A DNA stretch of 64,000 bases from Lysobacterales bacterium. GTDB taxonomy: Bacteria > Pseudomonadota > Gammaproteobacteria > Xanthomonadales > SZUA-5. Below, piece by piece: positions 50,420 to 58,698 of the stretch (positions are counted from its first letter, which is position 1; each line of letters opens with the position of its first letter). Under the pieces are notes generated by a model. It did not search any database, was not told the DNA's origin, and saw only the letters and a list, made by a program, of their open reading frames with translations. The stretch is taken from contig JBFWOF010000019.1 in assembly GCA_050250665.1 (NCBI GenBank), forward strand, positions 10,455 through 74,454, given 5' to 3'. The position numbers and the translations under genes are program-made.

Positions 50420-51754
50420 CTAAGGCCTGGCCGGCAGCTTGTCCACCCGGAATGGCATGTTGGCATGCGCGGCATGACCGCGACCATCGCGCACGGTGAC
50501 GAACAGGCGGTAGTTGCCGGAACGACGCGGCGAGGTGAACTGCAACATGCCCGCGCCATCCGCGCGCATGCGTACCGGCACTGCCCGCGGCACCTCCTCA
50601 GCATCGCCGCCGACGCTACGGGCCTCACTCTCGCGCAGCAGCCGCCAGTCGAACTGCAGCGTGTCGCCATCGGTATCGCTGGCAGAAACGGCGGCCCTGT
50701 AGCTCTGCCCCGGCGCCAGCACCACGCTGTCGGCGGCCTGTCTTGCATCGATCTGCAGCGGCCAAATCGACGGGCTGCGATTGCCGGGCCAGGCCCCGGT
50801 CCACAGATAGTGCATCGCATCGACCGCGGCGGTGGCCTCGCCGGTCTTGAGGAACATGCCATACCAGGTAGGTGTGCGCTCCTGCTTCTGGCCCCAGAGG
50901 AAGACGTAGGAACCCAGGCACTGTTGGTGATCGCTGGCGATGTAGCGCTGGTAGCGATCCAGCAAGAGCTCGGCCTTGCGCGTGCTGTCATCCTCGATTG
51001 GCGCGCCCCAGGCAGTCAGAGGCACTTCCCAGTGGCCGCTGGGGCCCCACTCGGTGACGATGTAGGGGCCGTCCCAGGCACTGTCGCGCAACATGGCCGG
51101 CAACTGCACGATGTCGCCGTAGAGCTGGATTCCGATCAGATCGAGGGCTGGCGCGCGCGTTCGCAGTTGCTCAGCCAGTTCGGGGTTGAAGCCGGCCAGC
51201 GTGGTCATCACCGGATGATTGGGATCCTCCTGGTGAATCCACTCGGCGATCTGATTGACGGCGTCCCAGACCTTGGGATTGCGTCCGTCCAGATTGAGCT
51301 CGTTTCCGACCACCCACATCAATAGCGCCGGGTGATCCTGGAGCTCTGATACTTCCCGGCGCACCCGCGCAAACTGGCGGGCTACCGCGGCGGCATCGTC
51401 ATAGTCGAAACCATGGCGCTCGCGGGCTATCTCGATGCCCATCGCCACCATCAGACCATGCTCCCGGGCGCGGTCGAGCAGGCGGCGGCCGCCGTCGGAG
51501 CGCCAGGTACGGAAGCTGGTCGCGCCACTGGCTGCGAGCGCCTCCAGGTTGCCGGACTCCAGTCCGGCGCCCTTGACGCGAAAGGCCTGCCCATCCACCA
51601 GCAGCTGGTATCCGGCGTCGATCTTGACGATCTGCACGAGCGCCGGGCGCATGCTGGCCGCCATCGCCGCCGGCATGATCGACCCCGTCAGTGCAAGGCC
51701 CAGCAGCGAACCCAGCCAGGTCCGGACGGCCATCTGCATGGAGAGTCTCGGCAT
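50420..51754 (-). CDS. secreted clan GH-A (TIM-barrel) glycoside hydrolase, family not assignable by eye, with C-terminal Ig-like domain
   Basis: Signal peptide MPRLSMQMAVRTWLGSLLGLALTGSIMPAAMA. Acid/base motif WVVGNELN. Candidate nucleophile IVTEWGP. ATG 51754 lies 2 nt after the MFS gene stop. Confidence 0.78.
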   Translation of the reverse strand: MPRLSMQMAVRTWLGSLLGLALTGSIMPAAMAASMRPALVQIVKIDAGYQLLVDGQAFRVKGAGLESGNLEALAASGATSFRTWRSDGGRRLLDRAREHGLMVAMGIEIARERHGFDYDDAAAVARQFARVRREVSELQDHPALLMWVVGNELNLDGRNPKVWDAVNQIAEWIHQEDPNHPVMTTLAGFNPELAEQLRTRAPALDLIGIQLYGDIVQLPAMLRDSAWDGPYIVTEWGPSGHWEVPLTAWGAPIEDDSTRKAELLLDRYQRYIASDHQQCLGSYVFLWGQKQERTPTWYGMFLKTGEATAAVDAMHYLWTGAWPGNRSPSIWPLQIDARQAADSVVLAPGQSYRAAVSASDTDGDTLQFDWRLLRESEARSVGGDAEEVPRAVPVRMRADGAGMLQFTSPRRSGNYRLFVTVRDGRGHAAHANMPFRVDKLPARP

Positions 51755-51756
51755 GC

Positions 51757-53073
51757 TCAGTGGGCGACGGTGGCCACGGGTCCCTGATGCAGACGCGCGT
51801 ATTTGGCGCCGAAATAGAAGATGAATCCGTAGCACAGCAAGGGCACCAGGAAGGAGGTCTGAATGCCGATGCGGTCTGCGGCCACGCCCTGCACCAGCGG
51901 CACCAGTGCGCCGCCGACGATGGCCATGCACAACAGCCCCGATCCCTGACCGGTGAACTTGCCGAGGCGGTGCAGAGCCATGCTGAAGATGGTCGGAAAC
52001 ATGATCGAATTGAACAGGCCCACACCCAGGATCGACCACATCGCCAGCTGACCGTGACTGAGGATGCTGGTCAGGATCAAGGCCATCGCACAGGCAGCGT
52101 TGAAGGCCAGGGTCTTGCCCGGACTGACCCTGCGCATCACTGCGAAGCCGATGAAGCGACCGACCATCGCCATGCCCCAGTAATACGCTACCAGCTTGGC
52201 GGCCGCCGCCTCTTCCAGGCCCGCGATCCGGCTCTCGCCGAAGTAATTGATCAGGAAACTGCCGATGCTGACCTCGGCGCCCACGTACAGGAAGATCGCA
52301 ATGGTGCCGAGCACCAGATTGCGATGCTGGAAGATGGATTTGCCGGCTGCCGGGGCAGCAGCGTCGGCGGGATCGTCGGCATGGGTGATCTTCGGCAGCT
52401 TCGCCAGCGCAAAGAACACCGCCAGCGCCAGCAGGGCGGCGACCAGCATCAGATAGGGGCCCTGCACCGTGGCCGCTTCCTGGGCCTTGAATGCGGCCTG
52501 TTCGGCCGCCGACATCTGTGAAATATCACCACTCACCAGGGCAGCCGCGCCACCGAGGATCAGCATGCCGCCGAACAGGGGGCCGACGGTGGTGCCGAGG
52601 GAATTGAAGGCCTGGGTCAGCGTCAGCCGACTGGAAGCGGTCTTGGGGTCACCCAGCACGGTGACATAGGGATTGGCGGCCACCTGCAGAATGGTGATGC
52701 CCGCGGCCAGAATGAAGAAGGCGAACAGGAACAGCCCGTAGCCGCTCTGTGCGGCCGGATAGAACAGCGCACAACCACTGGCAGCGATCATCAGGCCGGT
52801 GACCGCTCCGCGCTGATAGCCGATGCGCTTGATCAAGGCGCCCGCTGGCACCGAGACAATGAAATAGGCACCGAAAAAGCAGAACTGCACCAGCATGGCC
52901 TGGGTGTAGCTCAAGGTGTAGATCGACTTCAGGTGCGGAATCAGCACGTCATTCAACGAGGTCAGCAGACCCCACATGAAAAACAGCAAGGTCAGGATGA
53001 TCAGCGAGCGCGTGTGCGCACCCTCGCCGGTCGGCGCCAGTGACGTTGGCGCGGAGGATGAATGCGGTGTCAT
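51757..53073 (-). CDS. MFS sugar:H+ symporter (glucose/galactose GluP / FucP type)
   Basis: About 438 aa from ATG 53073. [26 protein letters not shown] is characteristic of the FucP/GluP subfamily. 12 TM helices. Confidence 0.9.
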   Translation of the reverse strand: MTPHSSSAPTSLAPTGEGAHTRSLIILTLLFFMWGLLTSLNDVLIPHLKSIYTLSYTQAMLVQFCFFGAYFIVSVPAGALIKRIGYQRGAVTGLMIAASGCALFYPAAQSGYGLFLFAFFILAAGITILQVAANPYVTVLGDPKTASSRLTLTQAFNSLGTTVGPLFGGMLILGGAAALVSGDISQMSAAEQAAFKAQEAATVQGPYLMLVAALLALAVFFALAKLPKITHADDPADAAAPAAGKSIFQHRNLVLGTIAIFLYVGAEVSIGSFLINYFGESRIAGLEEAAAAKLVAYYWGMAMVGRFIGFAVMRRVSPGKTLAFNAACAMALILTSILSHGQLAMWSILGVGLFNSIMFPTIFSMALHRLGKFTGQGSGLLCMAIVGGALVPLVQGVAADRIGIQTSFLVPLLCYGFIFYFGAKYARLHQGPVATVAH

Positions 53074-53177
53074 GAGCCTTGCTCCCCAATGCTGGAACCG
53101 ACGAGAGGCGCCCGCCAAGACAGGCGCGCCGCGCCCGAAGCCACGGCGCCGACATTCTGGGACAAAAAGACGGCAAA

Positions 53178-53191
53178 TGATAGCGCTGTCA
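53178..53191. promoter_or_regulatory. LacI-family operator candidate TGATAGCGCTGTCA (upstream of the MFS transporter)
   Basis: 6/7 palindromic pairs around a central CG. Lies 105 nt upstream of ATG 53073. Confidence 0.6.
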
Positions 53192-53267
53192 ATTCGGCTC
53201 GGCATTGGCAAGGGCGCAGGCATCCGGCGCGGCCGCGCGCCTTAGGCCCAGATTTACGCTGGCGTAG

Positions 53268-53425
53268 ACCGGGTCCTTCGCGTCGACGTCCTTTGCTCAA
53301 GCCCGAGGCCACACACGCGAGGCGCCCGGCGCCTTGCTGACCCCAGAGCCGCGGCCGCCGGCGCGAAGTCCCTCAGCGCACCTTGGCCAGGCCCACGCGC
53401 GCCGGAGCCGCGCTACGGCCGTAGC
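53268..53425. repeat. ~150-bp G element (second copy; first at 30390-30545)
   Basis: GGGTCCTTCGCGTCGA...CCACACACGCGAGGCGCCCGGCGCCTTGC...CAGAGCCGCGGCCGCCGGCGCGA...GGCCCACGCGCGCCGGAGCCGCGCTACGGCC is shared by both copies. Confidence 0.85.
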
Positions 53426-53502
53426 ACCCTCGCGGCGCCCGGGCGTCGCTGCATGGATTGCCAGTCGTCAGAGCCACTCGGATCAAGGCTATACTGCGCG
53501 AC

Positions 53503-53516
53503 CGACAGCGTTGTCA
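53503..53516. promoter_or_regulatory. LacI-family operator candidate CGACAGCGTTGTCA (autoregulatory, just downstream of a TATACT -10-like hexamer)
   Basis: TATACT at about 53490-53495. The operator lies 65 nt upstream of the lacI-family ATG 53581. Confidence 0.55.
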
Positions 53517-53580
53517 GCTTTCGCCTCCGAGCTAAAATCCGGATTTTCAGGCCCTGCAGGCACGACACCCAGGAGCAATC

Positions 53581-54594
53581 ATGGCAGTCAGAGTGCGGAT
53601 CGAGGACGTTGCCGAAGCGGCCGGCGTGTCGATGAAGACCGTATCGCGGGTGCTCAATCGTGAGCCGAATGTGCGTGAGGATACCCGTTTGCGGGTGATG
53701 AAGGCGGTGGACGAGCTCAAGTACACGCCACATCTGTCCGCGCGCAGCCTGGCCGGCAGCAAGTCCTATCTGGTCGCCCTGCTCTACAATAATCCCTCGG
53801 CCAGCTATCTGATGGGCGTCATCGAGGGTGTGCTCGAAGCCTGCGAGGCCGAGAATTACCACATGATGCTGTGTCCTCTGGAGGATGAGGACGAGCGCAT
53901 CGTCGCAGCGACCGAAGATCTGATCGCCCGTTCGCGCCCGGACGGGCTGCTGCTGACGCCACCGATCACCGACTCGCCGGCGCTGCTGCAGCGACTGGCC
54001 GAACTGGAGATTCCCTTTGCCAGCGTCTCGCCCAAGGTACAGAACGAGGTCATCGGCGTGGCTATGGACGAAACCCGGGCGGCCTTCGACATCGTCACCC
54101 ATCTGGCCAGCCTGGGTCATCGCCGTATCGGTCACATTGTCGGCCATCCGGCTCACGGGGCCAGCGGCTGGCGACTGAATGGCTACAAGCAGGGACTGGA
54201 GCGGGCCGGCATCAAGTTCGACCCGGCGCTGGTGGTCCAGGGCGAGTTCTCCTTCGATTCCGGGGTACGCGCGGCCACCGAATTGCTCGATCTGAAACAA
54301 CGTCCGTCGGCGGTGTTCGCGGCCAACGACGATATGGCTGCCGGCGTGATCCGGGTCGCCCTGGAGCGCAATCTGCGGGTACCCGGAGATCTTTCGGTCT
54401 GCGGCTTCGACGACACACCGATGTCCAGCCAGATCTTCCCGGCCTTGACGACCGTGCACCAGCCCACCGACGAGATGGGGCGCATTGCAACCATGGAACT
54501 GCTGGCAAGCATCCGCACGCCACATTCCGGGCAGATGGTGCGGGTGCCCTACACACTGCGCCTGCGGCGTTCGACCGGGCCGGTTCAGGCCTGA
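53581..54594 (+). CDS. LacI family transcriptional regulator
   Basis: 337 aa. HTH VRIEDVAEAAGVSMKTVSRVLN. Periplasmic-binding-protein-like sugar-binding core. Confidence 0.93.
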   Translation: MAVRVRIEDVAEAAGVSMKTVSRVLNREPNVREDTRLRVMKAVDELKYTPHLSARSLAGSKSYLVALLYNNPSASYLMGVIEGVLEACEAENYHMMLCPLEDEDERIVAATEDLIARSRPDGLLLTPPITDSPALLQRLAELEIPFASVSPKVQNEVIGVAMDETRAAFDIVTHLASLGHRRIGHIVGHPAHGASGWRLNGYKQGLERAGIKFDPALVVQGEFSFDSGVRAATELLDLKQRPSAVFAANDDMAAGVIRVALERNLRVPGDLSVCGFDDTPMSSQIFPALTTVHQPTDEMGRIATMELLASIRTPHSGQMVRVPYTLRLRRSTGPVQA

Positions 54595-54611
54595 GCCAGT
54601 CCCGGCGTCAC

Positions 54612-55052
54612 CGGTCGCGCCGTAAAGGTCGCGCCGTGAAGGCGCTCCTACGAGAAGCCCCGTCTGTTGTAGGAGCGACCTTGCGTCGCGACCGGGTGAG
54701 TTGTCTCGCGGCGTCGCCGGTCGCGCCGTGAAGGCGCTCCTACGAGAAGCTGCGCCCTGTTGCAGGAGCGACCTTGCGTCGCGACCGAGGGTGATGTCCC
54801 GCGGCATCGCTGGTCGCGCCGTGAAGGCGCTCCTACGAGAAGCCCCGTCTGCTGTAGGAGCGACCTTGCGTCGCGACCGGGGGTGATCTGGTCGCGCCGT
54901 GAAGGCGTTCCTACGAGAAGCTGCGCCCTGTTGCAGGAGCGACCTTGCGTCGCGACCGGGGGGTGATGTCCCGCGGCATCGCTGGTCGCGCCGTGAAGGC
55001 GCTCCTACGAGAAGCTGCGCCCCGTTTGTAGGAGCGACCTTGCGTCGCGACC
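54612..55052. repeat. REPIN tandem array, about 5 units (family A), opposite orientation to 22851-23610
   Basis: GGTCGCGCCGTGAAGGCGCTCCTAC...G(T/C)AGGAGCGACCTTGCGTCGCGACC repeated with a period of about 92 bp. Confidence 0.95.
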
Positions 55053-55091
55053 GGGGGTGATGCCTCTAGCCTCGCACCCGGGCGGGATCGG

Positions 55092-55385
55092 TCACGCCGC
55101 AACCCGCAGACTGCGCTGAGCACGCGCGCGCCGGCGAGCCTGTCCGGCAGGGCGGCGGGTGCGGCGCTGAGCTTCGATGGCAGGTCCGGGCAGGATCTGT
55201 TTCAGATAGGGCAAGAGCGCCAGTGCCGGCAACAGCGCGCACCAGAACACCGGATGCGCCAGCAGGCCAACCGCCTCGGTGCTGGACCGCGGCAGCAAGG
55301 CCACCAGCGGCGTCAGCGCCAGCCAGATCCAGAGGGCACGCAGCAGACGGGGCGGCAGGGACGAGGGCTTGGGTTCGCGATTCAT
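55092..55385 (-). CDS. hypothetical small membrane protein (2 TM, basic tail)
   Basis: 97 aa. GGAGTTGCCCCATG ribosome-binding context. Two hydrophobic helices. No family recognised. Confidence 0.4.
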   Translation of the reverse strand: MNREPKPSSLPPRLLRALWIWLALTPLVALLPRSSTEAVGLLAHPVFWCALLPALALLPYLKQILPGPAIEAQRRTRRPAGQARRRARAQRSLRVAA

Positions 55386-55480
55386 GGGGCAACTCCGGTG
55401 CGGGTGACGACGCCAATCTCGGTGCCACCCGTCTCAGGGACTGAGACGGAGCTCCATGGCCTTGTGCTAGCCTTGAGCGC

Positions 55481-55586
55481 GTCACTGGGGAGTAGCCGCC
55501 CTGTCGAGGCTGACAGGGGCTTGCGTCAACATGCTTGGTCTACCGACCATGGCGCACGCAGTTCGAGCTTGGCCAGACCTTTGACC
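55481..55586 (+). promoter_or_regulatory. yybP-ykoY (Mn2+) riboswitch
   Basis: Conserved blocks in the correct order: GGGGAGTAG (55487-55495), GTCAACATGCTTGG (55525-55538), CCAGACCTTTGAC (55573-55585). An internal hairpin CCCTGTCGAGGCTGACAGGG. Located upstream of a UPF0016/GDT1 gene, a known genomic context for this riboswitch class. Confidence 0.75.
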
Positions 55587-55650
55587 AGAATGCGCCGCCA
55601 GGGCCGGGGTGCGTTGTGGTCATTGCCTTGCGCCGGCCCTGGAGTTCCCC

Positions 55651-56226
55651 ATGGAAGCATTTCTGGTTTCGACCGGCATCGTGGCCCTCGCCGAAATCGG
55701 CGACAAGACGCAACTGCTGGCCTTTGTGCTGGCAGCTCGCTATCGCCGACCATGGCCGATCATTCTCGGCATTCTGGTGGCGACCCTCGCCAATCACGCG
55801 CTGGCAGGCGTGGTCGGCACCTGGATCACCACCTGGCTCGGCCCGATGGCGTTGCGCTGGGTGCTTGGCCTTTCGTTCCTGGCCATGGCGATCTGGATTC
55901 TCATCCCGGACGAACTTGACGGAGAACAGCAGCCGGTCTCCAGACACGGCGTGTTCCTGACCACATTGCTGGCCTTCTTTCTGGCCGAGATGGGCGACAA
56001 GACCCAGATCGCAACCGTCGCTCTCGCCGCCCAGTATCAGGCTCTGTTTGCCGTGGTGGCGGGGACCACGCTCGGCATGATGATCGCCAACGTGCCGGCC
56101 GTGCTGATGGGCGAGGGCATCGCCCGCAAGATGCCGGTACGACTGGTACATGCCATCGTCGCGGCCATGTTCGCGCTGCTCGGTGCCGCCACCCTGATGG
56201 GTGCGGCGCAGTCGATCGGGCTGTAG
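55651..56226 (+). CDS. UPF0016 / TMEM165-GDT1 family cation (Mn2+) exporter
   Basis: 191 aa from ATG 55651. Two E-x-G-D-K-T motifs (AEIGDKTQ, AEMGDKTQ). 6 TM helices. Confidence 0.88.
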   Translation: MEAFLVSTGIVALAEIGDKTQLLAFVLAARYRRPWPIILGILVATLANHALAGVVGTWITTWLGPMALRWVLGLSFLAMAIWILIPDELDGEQQPVSRHGVFLTTLLAFFLAEMGDKTQIATVALAAQYQALFAVVAGTTLGMMIANVPAVLMGEGIARKMPVRLVHAIVAAMFALLGAATLMGAAQSIGL

Positions 56227-56290
56227 CGCCGACGCGAGACACGCCGGTGGGAGTTGGTGGCTCGGGAAAGGCTGAAGGAAATCGGGCTCT

Positions 56291-56361
56291 GGTAGGTCCA
56301 GACTTGTCTGGACGCTTCTCCATCACCATGCAAAGAGCGTCCAGACAAGTCTGGACCCACC
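56291..56361. repeat. D-family REPIN
   Basis: GGTAGGTCCAGACTTGTCTGGACGCTTC...GAGCGTCCAGACAAGTCTGGACCCACC. Confidence 0.9.
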
Positions 56362-56421
56362 ACAGCCCAGAGCCCAGAGCCCGAGTCCCCTTCGCTCCCC
56401 CCACTCCCCTCGCCGCTACGG

Positions 56422-57333
56422 CTACACCACCGTCAGCACCAGTTTCGCCAGCAGCGGCAGCCACAGCACCGAGATCAGGATGCCGTAGCCGACCAGGGCT
56501 GCGGCCAGATCCGGGGCCAGGCGGGCGTCGATGGCCAGGGCGCCGGCGGTGATCATGGCTGGCATGGCCGACTGCACGGTGTTGACGGCGGTCAGCAGGG
56601 CCTCGGCGCCCGCCAGTTGGGCGATGCTGTAGGCGACGGCGGGCAGCAGCACCAGCTTGAGCCCAAGTCCGGCCAGCATTGGCAGGGCGTAGGCGCGCGG
56701 CGGCACCAGCTTGAGCTGGAAGCCGACGGCGAACATGGCCAGCGGTACCAGCAAACTGGCCAGACTGTCGATCAGGCCCTCCAGCAGTGGCGGCCTGGCC
56801 CACGGCAGCAGGCCCAGCAGCAGGGCGCCGAAAGACGGGAAGGTGACAATCTTGCGCAGCACCGTCGTCCATGGCGGCCGCTTTGCGCCGCTGTACACGG
56901 CGACGACGACGACGCCGAAACTCGACAGCAGCAGGAAGGAGCCGAGCTGATCGTAGACCACGGCATAGGGCAGTGCCGCAGGCCCCAGCGTGGCCTCGAC
57001 CATGGGATAGCCCAGGAATGCGGTGTTGCCCAGCGCCACGCACAGCAGCAAACAGGCGCTGACTTCCCGCGGCCAGCCGAGCAGTCTCTGCAGCGACAGA
57101 ACCACGGCCACGGTGACCGCTGCCAGCAGCCATGGCGTGGCGATCAGCACCAGCAGGCTGGGGTCGAAGTGCAGGCCGTGCACGGCCTTCAGTACCAGCG
57201 CCGGCAGGAACAGCCAGATCACCAGCCGGTTGATGACATCCGGGGTATAGGCAGGAAGCACGCCCGAGCGCGCATAGATCTTGCCCAGCAGCAACATGGC
57301 CACCACCAGAATCAGTGCCGGTGATGCGCTCAC
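56422..57333 (-). CDS. AEC (auxin efflux carrier) family transporter
   Basis: About 10 TM helices. INRLVIWLFLPALVLKA motif. Start probably GTG 57333 (VSASPALILVVAMLLLG); the ORF opens at 57387. Confidence 0.78.
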   Translation of the reverse strand: MSASPALILVVAMLLLGKIYARSGVLPAYTPDVINRLVIWLFLPALVLKAVHGLHFDPSLLVLIATPWLLAAVTVAVVLSLQRLLGWPREVSACLLLCVALGNTAFLGYPMVEATLGPAALPYAVVYDQLGSFLLLSSFGVVVVAVYSGAKRPPWTTVLRKIVTFPSFGALLLGLLPWARPPLLEGLIDSLASLLVPLAMFAVGFQLKLVPPRAYALPMLAGLGLKLVLLPAVAYSIAQLAGAEALLTAVNTVQSAMPAMITAGALAIDARLAPDLAAALVGYGILISVLWLPLLAKLVLTVV

Positions 57334-57492
57334 GGCCTCACACTCACACCGTCGTGGCACGGAATGAAGGCGCCGTAGACAGTACAAGGACTAAGCTTCA
57401 GGGCGTCGACGGTGCACCCCACGCCGTCGGCTGTTGCCTCGGGCCGGCAGCTCTTGTGGCCTCTCATCGATTGCACCACCGGAATCCCCCTG

Positions 57493-58044
57493 ATGAACTC
57501 TGCTCGCATGATCTCGATACGCTGGCTGGCGCTGTTGCTCTTGCTGTCGCTGATCCTGGGCTGCGCAGCCAGTCCAACCCGCCACACCGAGGCGCGGGCC
57601 GCGCTGTCGCCGATAGCCCGCGAGCATATGCTCGGAAACTGGTACATCCTGGCGAACGTGCCCTATTTCGCCGAACGCGGCAAGGTCGCGGCACGGGTGG
57701 AGTATGTGCAGCGTAGCGACGGCCGTCTTGACGATCTCTACTACTTTCGCCGCACCATGGACTCGCCCGAGGAGCGCTGGGAAGGCGTGGCCTGGGCCGT
57801 GGACGAGTCCGGCGCGCGCATGAAGGCCCGCTTCATCTGGCCCTTCGCAACCGAGTTCTGGATCATCGCCCTGCAGCAGGATCGGCAGATCGCGCTGATC
57901 GCCACGCCCGACGCCAAACTGGCCTGGGTGTATGCACGCACGCCGACCATCGACGAGGCCAGCTATCAGGCGGCGCTGGCGCGCTTGCGCGAATTCGGCG
58001 TCGACACTGAAACCCTGGTGCGGATTCCGCAGCCGGCATCGTAG
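57493..58044 (+). CDS. blc: lipocalin-family outer-membrane lipoprotein (Blc-like)
   Basis: Lipobox LLLLSLILGC. Lipocalin SCR1 GNWYILANVPYFAERG. ATG 57493 preferred over the ORF opening at 57412. Confidence 0.85.
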   Translation: MNSARMISIRWLALLLLLSLILGCAASPTRHTEARAALSPIAREHMLGNWYILANVPYFAERGKVAARVEYVQRSDGRLDDLYYFRRTMDSPEERWEGVAWAVDESGARMKARFIWPFATEFWIIALQQDRQIALIATPDAKLAWVYARTPTIDEASYQAALARLREFGVDTETLVRIPQPAS

Positions 58045-58110
58045 AGCTCGATTGCCGCACCACCAAGCGCCGACTGGCGCTCGACGTCGCACTGGGTCCA
58101 TGATGCAGAC

Positions 58111-58698
58111 ATGGACAGCAATGGCGATTGCCTGGGTGTGGTGCTGGCCGGTGGCCAGTCGCGGCGGATGGGCGCCGACAAGGCACAGCTGGTGTGGCAC
58201 GGACAGCGCCTGATCGACCGCTGCGCGCAGTTGTTGCGCACGGCGGGCTGCAGCCGTGTAGTGGTCAGTGGCGACTACCCACAATATCCGCACGTGCCGG
58301 ACCAGTACGCCCATCGTGGCCCACTTGGCGGGCTGGCCAGTGTTGCAGCCAGCGAGGCTGAGTCACGCTGGCTGGTCAGCGCTGTCGATCAGCCGTTATT
58401 GGATGTCACGCTGCTGCGCGCACTGCTCGACGGCCTGCTGGTGGCTGCCGAGACCGGGCGGGCGGTGTGCCGCTACGGTGAGGATCCGCTGCCGATGGCG
58501 CTGCTGGTGGCGCCGGAAACCCGACGCTGGATGCATTACGCCGTCAGCGGCGACAGCCCCGGTCATCGCTCGCTCAAGGCCCTGCAGGAACATCTGCGCA
58601 TTCACGCGCTGCCAGCGGACGCGGCGACACGGGCGCGGCTGCGCGGCGTCAATACGCCCGAGGAATGGCAGGCTTTGCTCGATCAGCCGCCGCCGTAG
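58111..58698 (+). CDS. mobA: molybdenum cofactor guanylyltransferase
   Basis: GVVLAGGQSRRMGADKA. PLGGLASV. NTPEEW. Confidence 0.85.
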   Translation: MDSNGDCLGVVLAGGQSRRMGADKAQLVWHGQRLIDRCAQLLRTAGCSRVVVSGDYPQYPHVPDQYAHRGPLGGLASVAASEAESRWLVSAVDQPLLDVTLLRALLDGLLVAAETGRAVCRYGEDPLPMALLVAPETRRWMHYAVSGDSPGHRSLKALQEHLRIHALPADAATRARLRGVNTPEEWQALLDQPPP

